This document shows positions 28,422 to 38,863 of a DNA stretch of 64,000 nt, in pieces. The position numbers and the translations under genes were made by a program. The stretch's first letter is position 1; each line of letters starts with the position of its first letter. This DNA comes from an uncultured Actinomycetota bacterium. GTDB taxonomy: Bacteria > Actinomycetota > Actinomycetes > Streptosporangiales > Streptosporangiaceae. Under the pieces are notes generated by a model. The model ran no database searches. It had not been told where the DNA came from and worked only from the letters and a program-made list of their open reading frames with translations. The stretch is from positions 22,574 to 86,573 of the forward strand of contig CAWIIX010000027.1 in the NCBI GenBank assembly GCA_963836195.1, written 5' to 3'.

Positions 28422-29602
28422 GCCGGTCCCTCCGGTTCGCGGCCGAACTCGCCGTCCTGCGCCGCGACCTCGCCGGTCAGCTCGAGGCGGCGCCGCCGCT
28501 CGGGGAACAGGCCCTGCGGGCGCACCGTCATCACCAGCACGAGCAGGAAACCGAAGATCCCGAACGACACCGAGCTGAGCTGGAAGCTCAGCCCGAACGC
28601 GGACGGCAGGTTGTTGAGCACGTCGGGGATCAGGTAGTTGTTGATGTACCCGAGCAGCAGGCCGCCGGCTAGGGCGCCCCAGATCGAGCCGATGCCACCG
28701 ACGACCACCATGGCGACGATGAAGATCGAGAAGCCGAACGCGAACTGGCCCGCGTTGACCTCGGTGAAATAGGTACCGAAGAACGCCCCGGCCATCCCGC
28801 CGAAGGCCGCGCCGATCGCGTAGGCCATCAGCTTCGTCTTGACCAGGGGGATGCCCATGGAGACGGCCGCCACCTCGTCCTCGCGCAGTGCCACCCAGGC
28901 CCGGCCGAGCCGCGAGTCGCGGACCCGCAGGTTGACGAAGAGCACGATGAGCAAGATGCCGAAGATCAGCCAGTACCAGGGGCGCAGGTCGAGCAGGCCG
29001 AACGACCCCGAGCCAGGGAACCACGGCGAGTCGACCGCGCTGATGCCCAGGTTGCCCGCGGTGAGCGTCATGCCGCCGCCCACGCCGATGGACTGCCCGT
29101 TGACGGCGAGGACGCCGATGATCTCGCCGAACGCAAGCGTCACGATCGCGATGTAGTCGCCGCGCAGCCGCAGCGTGGGCAGCCCGATGATCATGCCGGC
29201 CACCGCGCAGACGACGACCGCCGCGACGAGGATTCCCGCGAAGTTGAGGTGGATTCCGGCCAGCGCGCTCGTGAACGGCGAGACGCCCACGTGGACCCGC
29301 ACGCCGAAGAAGAAGCCGGAGCCGAACCAGCCGACGCAGTACGCGCCGAACGCGTAGAACGCGACGTAGCCGAGGTCGAGCAGGCCGGCCATGCCGACCA
29401 CGACGTTGAGGCCGAGAGCCATCACCGCGTACGTGACGGCGACGATTGTCCCGTTCAGGAAGCCGCTGCTTGATCCGGTGAGAAACGGCAAGACGACGCC
29501 CACCGCGATGAGCAGGCCGGCCAGGGCCTTGCCCCACCACGGCGGGACCAGCCGTTCGACGGCCGCGCGCCATTCGCGCAGCTGCGGCGGGAACTCGCTC
29601 AC
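28418..29602 (-). CDS. livM: Branched-chain amino acid ABC permease LivM
   Basis: GLNVVVGMAGLLDLGYVAF, RLRGDYIAIVTLAFGEI, GRAWVALREDE. Confidence 0.92.
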   Translation of the reverse strand: MSEFPPQLREWRAAVERLVPPWWGKALAGLLIAVGVVLPFLTGSSSGFLNGTIVAVTYAVMALGLNVVVGMAGLLDLGYVAFYAFGAYCVGWFGSGFFFGVRVHVGVSPFTSALAGIHLNFAGILVAAVVVCAVAGMIIGLPTLRLRGDYIAIVTLAFGEIIGVLAVNGQSIGVGGGMTLTAGNLGISAVDSPWFPGSGSFGLLDLRPWYWLIFGILLIVLFVNLRVRDSRLGRAWVALREDEVAAVSMGIPLVKTKLMAYAIGAAFGGMAGAFFGTYFTEVNAGQFAFGFSIFIVAMVVVGGIGSIWGALAGGLLLGYINNYLIPDVLNNLPSAFGLSFQLSSVSFGIFGFLLVLVMTVRPQGLFPERRRRLELTGEVAAQDGEFGREPEGPA

Positions 29603-30717
29603 CCCGCCTCCCTCGTTTCCTCGCCGAGCAGGCCGGTGGGGCGCAGGACCATGATCGCGATGAGGTAGCCGAACACGATGGCCTCGGTCCACTGCGGGCC
29701 GATGCGCTCATCGGACAGCGCCTGGATGACGCCGATGATCAGGCCGCCGAGAACGGCACCGCGGACGTTGCCGATGCCGCCCATGACCGCCGCGGTGAAC
29801 GCGAACAGGCCCGCCTGGAATCCCTGGAAGTACCAGACCTGTGTCTCGTACACGGCGTAGATCAGGCCGGCCGCGCCTGCGAGCGCGCCGCCGAGCAGGA
29901 ACGTCAGCGAGACCGTGTTGTTGACGTTGATCCCCATCAGCCGCGCCGCGTCCGGGTCCTGGGCGGTGGCGCGCATCGCCCTGCCCGGCCGGGTGCGGCT
30001 GATGAACCACGACAGCGCGAGCACCAGCGGAACCATCACCGCCCAGGCGAGGATGTAGCCGCGCAGGATGGGCACGCCGCCGACGGTGAACACCACCTGC
30101 TGCGCGCCGATCAGGTCGGTGACGCTCTGCTGTGAGCCGCCGCGCCACAGCAGGCCGACGTTCTGGAGGATGAAGGAGAAGCCGATCGCCGTGATCAGCG
30201 GCGCTAGCTTGGGCGCGTTGCGCAGGGGCTTGTAGGCGACCCGCTCGATGAGGACGTTGAGGGTACCGGTGGTGAGCATGGCGATGACGAGCGAGACGGC
30301 CAGGCCGCCGATCACGCCGAGTACGGAGGTGGCCAGGCTCAGGCCGAGCACCGACCAGATGCCGACGGCGGTGAACGAGCCGATCATGAAGACGTCGCCG
30401 TGCGCGAAGTTGATCAGCTCGATGATGCCGTAGACGAGGGTGTAGCCGATCGCGATCAGGGCCCAGATGGCGCCGTCCGACAGTCCCTCGGCGAAGTTGA
30501 AGCCGAGCCGCGACAGGTCGTGGTGGATGACCGGGTGGCCGGCTACCACGCCGGCCTGATAGCCGTTGACCAGGTCAGTGACACCGTAGTAAACCGGCAG
30601 CGCGGCGAGCGCCACGATCAGGCCCCAGCGGCCGCCATACCGGCGCAGGGCCGCGAGGGCGGCCGCCGCCGGGCGCGCGGCCACTACCGGAGGGCTCGGG
30701 GTGAGTGTCGTATTCAC
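29599..30717 (-). CDS. livH: Branched-chain amino acid ABC permease LivH
   Basis: IGYTLVYGIIELINFAHGD, GRAMRATAQD, AFTAAVMGGIG. Confidence 0.92.
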   Translation of the reverse strand: MNTTLTPSPPVVAARPAAAALAALRRYGGRWGLIVALAALPVYYGVTDLVNGYQAGVVAGHPVIHHDLSRLGFNFAEGLSDGAIWALIAIGYTLVYGIIELINFAHGDVFMIGSFTAVGIWSVLGLSLATSVLGVIGGLAVSLVIAMLTTGTLNVLIERVAYKPLRNAPKLAPLITAIGFSFILQNVGLLWRGGSQQSVTDLIGAQQVVFTVGGVPILRGYILAWAVMVPLVLALSWFISRTRPGRAMRATAQDPDAARLMGINVNNTVSLTFLLGGALAGAAGLIYAVYETQVWYFQGFQAGLFAFTAAVMGGIGNVRGAVLGGLIIGVIQALSDERIGPQWTEAIVFGYLIAIMVLRPTGLLGEETREAG

Positions 30718-30799
30718 GTGTCCTACGCGGAAAGTCAGGCGGGAGGGGCCGCCACCGTGCGACGCCCCTCCGCGCCTGGAGCCGATGTGACCAGTGCGA

Positions 30800-32071
30800 T
30801 TAGCTGACGGTCTTCGTCGGCGTCAGGGTCTCCTTGAAGACCAGGCTGCCTGTCTTGTCGGCTGAGTAGAGCCCGTAGGACTTCAGGGTGGTGTCGCCGT
30901 TCGCGTCGAACCCGTAGGCGCCGATCACCGAGTTGCGGTCCTTGATGGCGAGCAGCGTCTTGAGGACGTCGGCCTTGTTGCCGCCGTTGGCCCCGAGGGA
31001 CGCGATGGTGTCGAGGCCGAGCTTCATAACCTCGTAGCCGTAGATCGCGTACGGGTCAGGATCGGCCGTTCCGTACTTGGCCTTGTACGCGGCCAGGAAC
31101 GCCTTGCCGCCAGGGTAGGCCGCCAGGTCCTGGGTCGCGACCGTGCACTCCATCAGCGGGTCGATCGAGGCAGGCACGCCGCCCTGCGAGGCCTGGGTCC
31201 AGGCCGAGGTGCACACGCCATCGGGGCCGAAGATCTTGGCCGTCGGGAGGGCGGCGTTGACGTCCTTGACGATCTGGACGCCGCCGTTGGAGACGATGCC
31301 GGAGAAGAAGAAGCAGTCGGCTCCCTCCGACTTGATCGTCTGCGCGTAGGTGCGGAAGTTGCTCGCGGTCGGGTCGATGCCGGTGTTGCTGACGACGTTG
31401 ACGCCGTACTCGGCCTTCTCCAGCTCGATGAGCTGGGCGAGGCCCGCCCCGTAGGCCTCCTTGTCGTTGGCGATCGCGACCTTGGTGCAGCCCGCCCGCT
31501 TCATCGCCAGCAGGTCGGCCGCGCCCTGGATCGAGTCAATCGGCACGATCCGCAGGTAAGTGCGCTTCCCGGTCGGGTAATACTTCCCCGGCTCGCCCGG
31601 CGCGCTGCCCGGCAGGTTCGTGGTCAGGCCCACGTAGGTGTTGGCGGGAGAGACCTGCGGGATGCCGCCCTGGTTCAGGATCGGGATCGAGATCTCGCTC
31701 GCACCGGAGTTGAACTCGCCGATGTAGTAGACGGCCTTCGGGTCAGCGGCGACCTTGCGGGCGTTGGCCGCGGTCTGCGAGGGGTCCCACTTCCCGGCCG
31801 CCGCGGTCGAGTCGTCGAGCGCGGTGAAGTTCACCGTGAACTTGCCCGCCTTGCCTCCCGCTTGGGCGAGCGCGAGCTTCATGCCGTTGACCATGGGGAT
31901 GGTCTGCACGTTGGACGAGCCCTGCATCGGCAGGCTGGAGTAGATGTCGACCGTGTTCCCTGACACCGATGCGGCGCCCGTGGCCTGTGACGTGCTGCTT
32001 GTGCAGCCAACCGCCGCGATCGCCGCGATCGCCACCGCGGCGAGCGCGGGTGTCAGCCTTCTTCCGTTCAA
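30800..32071 (-). CDS. livK: Branched-chain amino acid ABC substrate-binding lipoprotein LivK (probable TTG start)
   Basis: Lipobox AVGC, IGEFNSGAS, YGAGLA, YAIYGYE, FDANGD; GAGAGG RBS. Confidence 0.88.
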   Translation of the reverse strand: MNGRRLTPALAAVAIAAIAAVGCTSSTSQATGAASVSGNTVDIYSSLPMQGSSNVQTIPMVNGMKLALAQAGGKAGKFTVNFTALDDSTAAAGKWDPSQTAANARKVAADPKAVYYIGEFNSGASEISIPILNQGGIPQVSPANTYVGLTTNLPGSAPGEPGKYYPTGKRTYLRIVPIDSIQGAADLLAMKRAGCTKVAIANDKEAYGAGLAQLIELEKAEYGVNVVSNTGIDPTASNFRTYAQTIKSEGADCFFFSGIVSNGGVQIVKDVNAALPTAKIFGPDGVCTSAWTQASQGGVPASIDPLMECTVATQDLAAYPGGKAFLAAYKAKYGTADPDPYAIYGYEVMKLGLDTIASLGANGGNKADVLKTLLAIKDRNSVIGAYGFDANGDTTLKSYGLYSADKTGSLVFKETLTPTKTVS

Positions 32072-32525
32072 AATCTGTATCCTCTCGTATGACTGATTCA
32101 TCCGCCTGCCGGGGCATGGAGAAATAACGGAGCGGCAATCCGGGACCAAATGCGAACCGCACGCGGGCCGGTGAATACCAAAATGAGGGCCTGCCGCGCC
32201 CGGCTACCGAAATACGCGTCTGCGAGTTCCCCGTGATCGCGGTCGTGCAGCTCCGGCGACCTGCGATCGAATACCCAACAGGCCGGAAGATTAGCGCATG
32301 CAGCCGGTACTGAGTCAACTTTCGGATGCAAGTCAGTTCAAGTGTTATGCGGGCGTTAACAGAAGTCGCTTCGTTTAAAAGCTGTCAAATCCGACGTATA
32401 GTAATATATTTTTCTACGCTCTCTCGCGTCCTGCTAGTTGGGTGGTGAACTCAGCCCACTACCCCGGCACGCTGGGCACCGATGCCGAGGAAGAGACGCG
32501 CCTCCTGGAGGAAGGACGCAAGGTG

Positions 32526-32565
32526 GTGAAACCACGGACCGTTCGATATAAAGATCTTGATCTTC
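32526..32565 (+). repeat. Dispersed motif copy 3
   Basis: CACGGACCGTTCG atataaagatc TTGATCTTC. Confidence 0.75.
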
Positions 32566-32730
32566 TTTAAGCAATCAGCGTGTTAACGTCTAAACCGTCA
32601 GCTAGACGGCGACGTCCGGGCCGCGCGTACTATCTTCTTAACTTCACCATCGACTGGCGTCGGTCCGATGACAGTGAATGGACCGGTGGCGATATCCGCG
32701 GCACTCCCAGCCAGTAGCGCCGGGGCGCCG

Positions 32731-33819
32731 TCAGTCTCGGACGAAAACATCCCCGACGGTGTCGCCTGCCACGCACAACCTGGCGGATGGGCAGGACACC
32801 GACATAAGGAATACAAGGACTGGTCCCTTGTCAGAGTTAGCGGCCTTCGAGTCGATGGTGACGGGCGCGGTCCAGCTGCTGCCGTCGAAGGTGACCAGGT
32901 CTCCGTCGTTGCCGTCGACGGCGGCGCAGAAGTGGCTGGTCGGGCAGGACACCACCGGCCAGGAGATACCGCCCTCGCCCATGCTGAGGCCGTTGGGATC
33001 GGCGTTGACCGGCGCACCCCAGGTGCTGCCGTTGAACGTGAGCGCGTTCCCTCTGCGATCAACGGCAACGCAGAAGCCAGCCGCCGCGCACGACACCGCC
33101 TGCAGGTAGCCGGCTGGGTCGATGGCGGATGGCTTACTCCAGGCGGTGCCGTTGAATGTCACCACGTTCGGGCCGTAGTCAACCGCGGCGCAGAAGCGTG
33201 CGCTCGGACAAGACACCGTGCTCAGCTCGTTGCCGGGATCTATGACCGCGGCGGGGCTCCAGGAGGTCCCGTTGAACGTGAACGCGTTCGAGCCGTTGTC
33301 AACGGCAGCGCAGAAGCGCGGCGAGGAGCACGATACCGATGCCATGCCCGGTTGGGTGCTCGAGGCAGGATCGTTAATGCTCGGAGCGGAAGCCCATGTG
33401 CTGCCGTTGAACAGAAACGCGGATGAGTCTCGCGCGTCTACCGCCATGCAGAAGCTCACGGTCGGGCAGGACACGGAATCGGGCTCGCCCGCGGATGAAG
33501 ACAGCCTGGCCGGGCCGGCTCCACCTGGTTCCGTCATACGTGGCCGCGTAGCCCGATTCGAGCACGGCCATGCAGAGGCTCGCGGACGGGCAGGACACGG
33601 ATGTCGGGTCTTCGACGCCATCGCCGTCGTCCAGGTTTGTCGCCGCTGCCGGTGGCGGCGCGGCGCCGGACTGTGCGGTGACGGGCTGGCCGACTGCGCT
33701 GGAGCCGGATCCTGACTCGGGTGCCGGCAACAACCCGCTGCTGCACCCGGCGGCGGCGCCCGTTAGCAGAATGGACAGGCAGGCAAACGCCAGTCCCCGT
33801 CGGCCGGCGATGGGGTCAC
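32731..33819 (-). CDS. Secreted lipoprotein with seven VSCxxxxFCxAVD...FxGxxW repeats (predicted 7-blade propeller); two apparent frameshifts (~33800, ~33510)
   Basis: Lipobox AAGC upstream of ORF 33374..33733; repeats continue in ORF 32731..33621; GTGA overlap with the permease stop. Confidence 0.7.
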
Positions 33820-35189
33820 GTCCGGCCAGGCGCGCCTCGGCGGGAGAGGACGTCGATGAGCGCCGCCGCGAGCAGGACGCCGGCCACGACGACTTGAATC
33901 CACTGGCTCGACACGCCCAGCAGGTAGAGGCCGTTGTAGATGCCGCCGATGACGAGGCCGCCGAGGATGCCGTGGATGGTCTTGCCCCGGCCGCCGAACA
34001 GGCTGGTGCCGCCGATGACCGCCGCGGCCACCGCGAGCAGCACGTAGCTGTTGGAGGCCTTGATGATGTTGGTGGTCAGCGACACCTGCCACGAGGCGAA
34101 CAGTATGCCGGCGATACCGGAGATCAGGCCCGCGAGGACGAAGCACCAGGTTCGGACCGAGGTCAGGCGGATGCCTGCTCGCTCGGCCGCCGTGGGGCTG
34201 CCGCCGATGGCGTACACGTAACGGCCGAAGCGGGTTCGCTGCAGCAGGAGCGTGCAGGCGCCGAGGACGATGAGGACGATCGGGATGATGTAGGGAACCC
34301 CCTCGATCGTCCCGAAGTGGGCGCGGTTGACGTTGCAGATGGCGACAACCGCGGCTCCCGCGACCGCGATGAGGATGATCTTCATCACGGTGAGGCTGCG
34401 CGGCGCGGCCTCCAGGTTGCGGCGGCGCTTGCGAGCGTCGCGCATCCAGAGCCCCACGCCAGCCGCGCCGACCGTCACGGCGAGCAAGATCCAGCCGACC
34501 AGCGGGCTGAACGACCCCCAGAAGATGTCGTAGAGGGCGACCTCGTTGGGGTACTGGGAGTTTCCGATGCCGACGAGCGACCCGCCGAGGACGATGATCG
34601 CCACGCCCTCCAGGATCAGCAGGCCGCCGAGGGTGACGATGAACGACGGCATCCTCAGCCGGGCCACCAGCGTTCCCTGGATGAAGCCGACCGCGGCGCA
34701 GGCGAGCAGCGTGACGGTGATCGCCGCCCACCACGGCCAGTTCGCGCCGCTGGGCTGCACAAGCTCGGCCACCACCACGCTACCGAGGCCCATGACCAGG
34801 CCGACGGACAGGTCGATCTCCCCGAGCAGAAGGGCGAAGATCTCGGCCATCGCCAGCAGCATGTACACGGTGCTCTGCTCGAACAGATTGACCAGGTTCT
34901 GCGCCGACAGGAACTTCGAGTTCAGGATCTGGAAGGCGATCGCGACCGCCACCAGGCCCAGGATCACCGGCAGCACACCGCTGTTGCCGCTGCGGACCTG
35001 GAGCAGCGAGGCCCGCAGGTACTGGCCGAGCGACTTGGCGACGAGCTCGGGCGGGACATCCGCCGCGGCCACCGCCTCGTCGAGGGTAAGGTCGTCCGTC
35101 CCGGCGTCCGCCGTCGCTACCGGGGTCTCGCTGGGGTCCGCAGTCACAGGAACTTCCTCATCGCTTGTCCTTCGCGTGTCGTCAGACAC
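33816..35189 (-). CDS. Monosaccharide ABC permease (XylH/GguB-like), paralog 2
   Basis: EIDLSVG, PSFIVTLGG, RTRFGRYVYAIGG, VIGGTSLFGGRG. Confidence 0.9.
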   Translation of the reverse strand: MSDDTRRTSDEEVPVTADPSETPVATADAGTDDLTLDEAVAAADVPPELVAKSLGQYLRASLLQVRSGNSGVLPVILGLVAVAIAFQILNSKFLSAQNLVNLFEQSTVYMLLAMAEIFALLLGEIDLSVGLVMGLGSVVVAELVQPSGANWPWWAAITVTLLACAAVGFIQGTLVARLRMPSFIVTLGGLLILEGVAIIVLGGSLVGIGNSQYPNEVALYDIFWGSFSPLVGWILLAVTVGAAGVGLWMRDARKRRRNLEAAPRSLTVMKIILIAVAGAAVVAICNVNRAHFGTIEGVPYIIPIVLIVLGACTLLLQRTRFGRYVYAIGGSPTAAERAGIRLTSVRTWCFVLAGLISGIAGILFASWQVSLTTNIIKASNSYVLLAVAAAVIGGTSLFGGRGKTIHGILGGLVIGGIYNGLYLLGVSSQWIQVVVAGVLLAAALIDVLSRRGAPGRT

Positions 35190-36582
35190 CGGTCACCGCC
35201 CCCGCCCCGCGCCGTGACTGCACGTCAATCAGCACTGCGATGAGGAGCACGCCGCCCGGCAGGATGTATTGCAGCGGCGTGGACAGCGACCCCAGGCTGA
35301 GCAGGGACACACCGTAGGCGATGCCGCCGATGAGGAGTCCGCCGAGGACGCCGTGGATGGCCTTGCCCCGGCCGCCGAACAGGCTGACCCCGCCGATAAC
35401 GGCGGCGGCGACGGTGTACAGGACGAGCTGGCCGGGGTCGGCCGTATTGGAGCTGTACTCACCGTAGAAAAACGAGCCGAGCAGGATGCCGCCGAGGGCG
35501 GCGGTCGCCGAGCACAACGCGAACGCCCAGATGCGGATGGCGGGGAGGCTGACGCCGGCCCGGCGGGTCGCTTCCGGGTTGCCGCCAATGGCGTAGATGT
35601 AGCGGCCGAAGCGCGTCCGCTGGAGCACCACCGTCCAGACGCCGAGCAGAACCAGGACGATCGGGATGACCCACGGAACCCCGGTGACCGACTTCAGGGT
35701 GCTCCCCCGGTTGACGGAGCAGATGATCACTACCGCCGCCCCGAAGATCGCCATCAGCGCGAGCTTGATCGCGGTCAGGCTCAGCGGCGGAGTGGTCAGC
35801 CCCCGGCGCCGCCTCCTGACTGAGCGCAGCCACTGGGACGCGCCGGCGGCGACGACCACCACCGCCAGAATGATCCAGGCGACGACGGGAGAGATGAGCC
35901 CCTGAACCATTTCGTAGATGACGTTCTGGTTGGGGTCCGAGGTGTTGAGGCTGACGGTGGAGTCGGCCCCGCCGAGGATGATGACGAGGACTCCGGAGAA
36001 GAGCAGGAACCCGCCCAGGGTCGAAACGAAGGACGGGACCCTGAGCACCGCGGTCAGCGTTCCCTGGAGGGCGCCGATCGCGCCGCAGATAGCGAGCGCC
36101 GCGAGCACCGCTGCCCACCACGGCCAGTCCGGCCCGGGCTGCTGAACCAGCTTGAAGGCGATCACCCCGCCGATGAGCGCGACCGCGCCGACCGACAGGT
36201 CGACCTCCGCGAGCAGCAGGACCAGCGTCTCGGCCATCGCCAGCACCATGTACACGGTGCTCAGACCGAAGATGTAGACGAGGTTGCTCGGCCGCAGGTA
36301 GGCGTGCTCAGGGGTGATGATCTCGAAGACGACGGCGACCACCACGATGGCCAGGACCACCGGCAGCAGACCGCTGTTGCCGGCGCGGACCCGGAGCCAC
36401 CAGACCCGCACGTACTCGCCAAGCGACTGGGCGAGGATCGCGGGCGGGACGTCGGCCGCGGCCACCTTGGCGTCGAGGGTGAGGTCAGCCGTGCCGGGGC
36501 CCGCCGTCCCGGCCGGGGTCTCGCCCGGGTCCGCGGTCACCGGCGCTCCTCGATTCTGGCCATCCGCCTCAGCCCTTGCCAT
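35182..36582 (-). CDS. Monosaccharide ABC permease (XylH/GguB-like), paralog 1
   Basis: EVDLSVG, RTRFGRYIYAIGGN, VIGGVSLFGGRG. Confidence 0.9.
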   Translation of the reverse strand: MARAEADGQNRGAPVTADPGETPAGTAGPGTADLTLDAKVAAADVPPAILAQSLGEYVRVWWLRVRAGNSGLLPVVLAIVVVAVVFEIITPEHAYLRPSNLVYIFGLSTVYMVLAMAETLVLLLAEVDLSVGAVALIGGVIAFKLVQQPGPDWPWWAAVLAALAICGAIGALQGTLTAVLRVPSFVSTLGGFLLFSGVLVIILGGADSTVSLNTSDPNQNVIYEMVQGLISPVVAWIILAVVVVAAGASQWLRSVRRRRRGLTTPPLSLTAIKLALMAIFGAAVVIICSVNRGSTLKSVTGVPWVIPIVLVLLGVWTVVLQRTRFGRYIYAIGGNPEATRRAGVSLPAIRIWAFALCSATAALGGILLGSFFYGEYSSNTADPGQLVLYTVAAAVIGGVSLFGGRGKAIHGVLGGLLIGGIAYGVSLLSLGSLSTPLQYILPGGVLLIAVLIDVQSRRGAGAVTGV

Positions 36583-37396
36583 TGGCTGATCCGGCGGCCT
36601 CGTACGGCCGCCCGCTGGCGGTGCCCGTCGTCATGTACTGCACTACGCTCTGCAGGTCGAAGGTCTCAGTCGGCCCCTCGGCCACCATCCGCCCCAGGTA
36701 CAGCACCGCGATGCGGTCGGCGACCTCGAACACGTCGGTCAGGTTGTGGCTGATCACCATCACCGCCAGCCCGCGGTCGCGAAGCCGTTTGATGAGGTCA
36801 AGCACGGACCGGGTCTGCACCACCCCGAGGGCGGCGGTGGGCTCGTCGAGCAGCACCAGCTTGGAGTTCCACATGACCGCCTTGGCGACCGCCACCGACT
36901 GCCGCTGACCTCCGGAGAGCGAGGCGACCGGCTGCCGGATGGAACGCACCGTGGTCACCCGCAGGGCGCTCAGGGTCTCGGCCGCCTGCAGTTCCATCGA
37001 GTCCTCGTCGAGCAGGCCGTAGCTCAGCGGCTCACGGCCGAGGAACATGTTCTGGACGATGTCCAGGTTGTCGGCCAGCGCAAGATCCTGGTAGACGGTC
37101 TCGATTCCCAGCGCGGAGGCGTCACGGGTGCTCCGGATGTGCACCGGCTTCCCGTCGAAGAAGATCTCGCCATGGTCCGGCTGGTGGGCGCCGGAGATGG
37201 TGCGAGTGAGGACCGATTTCCCGGCCCCGTTGTCACCGCACAGGCCGGTCACCTGGCCGGCGGGCAGGTCCAGGTTCACGCCGTAGAGCGCCTGCACCGG
37301 CCCGAAGTGCTTGTCGATGCCGCGCAGCCTCAGCAGGGGTTCGGCCCCGTCCCCGCCGCGGCTCGCGCCTGCCGGGGCCTCATTCACCTCAGTCAT
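36569..37396 (-). CDS. Monosaccharide ABC ATP-binding protein (single NBD)
   Basis: GDNGAGKS, VYQDLAL, LSGGQRQ, DEPTAALG. Confidence 0.92.
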   Translation of the reverse strand: MTEVNEAPAGASRGGDGAEPLLRLRGIDKHFGPVQALYGVNLDLPAGQVTGLCGDNGAGKSVLTRTISGAHQPDHGEIFFDGKPVHIRSTRDASALGIETVYQDLALADNLDIVQNMFLGREPLSYGLLDEDSMELQAAETLSALRVTTVRSIRQPVASLSGGQRQSVAVAKAVMWNSKLVLLDEPTAALGVVQTRSVLDLIKRLRDRGLAVMVISHNLTDVFEVADRIAVLYLGRMVAEGPTETFDLQSVVQYMTTGTASGRPYEAAGSANGKG

Positions 37397-37456
37397 TTTT
37401 AATACCCGTCAGTAGCTTTGCCCAGGTTGTCCGCATTGCCAGTACATCGTCGCGGG

Positions 37457-37494
37457 ACTGGCGGGCCCGCCGCAAGAGCGAGCCCGCCAGCCCC
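37457..37494 (-). terminator. Imperfect stem-loop after the SBP gene
   Basis: CTGGCGGGC...GCCCGCCAG. Confidence 0.5.
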
Positions 37495-37504
37495 GGTCAG
37501 ATGA

Positions 37505-38863
37505 TTACTTGATCCCGTTCGCGGAGCAGACGCTCGCACCCGCGAGCGCGCAGATCGCCGAGGCGGTGTCGAACTTGTCCGCAACCACGGTCGACTCGAT
37601 GTTCGACTTGGTCACCCACGTGGCCGACAGCAGCGACGCCGGCTCGGTGATGCTCGTGTCGGCCGAGTCCGTGGCCGTGCCGTTCAGCAGGGCCGGGGGC
37701 ACCTTCTGGCCGGCCAGCAGGATGGTCGCCACGGATACGGCGTCCTGGACCTCCTTGTAAACGGGCTTGTAAACAGAGCCGCACTGGTAGCCCTGGAGGA
37801 TGTAGGCCATGCCCTGGGCCGTGGCGTCCTGCCCGGTGGTCGGGATGGTGTTGGCCTTGACCCCGGCCGACTTGAGGTCGGTGATCACCGAGTTGGCGAG
37901 CCCGTCATTGGCCTCGATGGTGGCGTTGATCTTCGGGTTGGCGGTGAACGCCTGCTGGAAGATCGTGCCGCCCTTGGTGTTGTCCCAGCCGGGGGCGAAG
38001 TTCTCCGCAACCAGCTTGGCGCCGTCGGCGGTGCCGCTCGCGCCCGCAGCGACCGACTTGGCCGGCTGGTTGAAGACCACCTTGTTGTAACCGGTGGCGA
38101 AGGCGATCGCGTTCGGGTCGGTGTCCTCGCCGCCGTTCAGGACGTAGACCTGGGGGCTCTTGACGCCCCAGGACGTAAGGCACTGGTTGAAGCCCGTGCC
38201 GATCAGCTCGCCCACCTTCTCGCCGTCAAAGCTGACGTAGTAGGTGTCCGTGCCCTGGAAGATGGCGCGGTCGTAGGCGACCAGGATGACGCCCTTCTGC
38301 TCCGCGAGCTTCGCGATCGCCACGCCGGTCGGGCCGTCGAGCGGGCACACGATCAGGACCTTGGCACCCAGGTTGATGTCGGCCGTCGCGTCGCTCAGCT
38401 GGGTTGCGTCGATCCCCTGAGCGTTGTCGATGCGGAACTCCGACGAGGTGAACCCGGCGTCGGTGAAGGCTTCCTTCATGTACGGCGCGTCGAAGTCAAC
38501 CCACCGGGTCGACGACGTGGTGTCGGGCAGGATCACACCGATCTGCAGGCTGCTCGCGCCCTTGGTCCCCGCCGCGGCCAGCGGCTTGAACTGGGACATC
38601 GTCGACGCGATGTCCACGGTGAAGGAGCTGATGCTCAGCCCCGACGGAACCGTGGCCGAGCCGCTCGAAGCCGGGCTTGACGAGGTCGCCGCGGCCGACG
38701 CGGGAGCCGTGGTCGACGAGGATGAGGACGACGAGCAGCCCGCGGCCACCATGGCGACGACCGCTGCCACAGCCACCAGGCCCAGTTTCGGCAGAGACCT
38801 AGATGTGCCGTGGCCTTGTGAACGAGAGTGCCACCCTCCCTGACCTCTGTTACGCAGAAGCAT
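37505..38863 (-). CDS. XylF/ChvE-like sugar-binding lipoprotein
   Basis: Lipobox AAGC, LPDTTSSTRW..FD, YDR, ANDGLA, TGQDA, VYKP. Confidence 0.88.
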   Translation of the reverse strand: MLLRNRGQGGWHSRSQGHGTSRSLPKLGLVAVAAVVAMVAAGCSSSSSSSTTAPASAAATSSSPASSGSATVPSGLSISSFTVDIASTMSQFKPLAAAGTKGASSLQIGVILPDTTSSTRWVDFDAPYMKEAFTDAGFTSSEFRIDNAQGIDATQLSDATADINLGAKVLIVCPLDGPTGVAIAKLAEQKGVILVAYDRAIFQGTDTYYVSFDGEKVGELIGTGFNQCLTSWGVKSPQVYVLNGGEDTDPNAIAFATGYNKVVFNQPAKSVAAGASGTADGAKLVAENFAPGWDNTKGGTIFQQAFTANPKINATIEANDGLANSVITDLKSAGVKANTIPTTGQDATAQGMAYILQGYQCGSVYKPVYKEVQDAVSVATILLAGQKVPPALLNGTATDSADTSITEPASLLSATWVTKSNIESTVVADKFDTASAICALAGASVCSANGIK

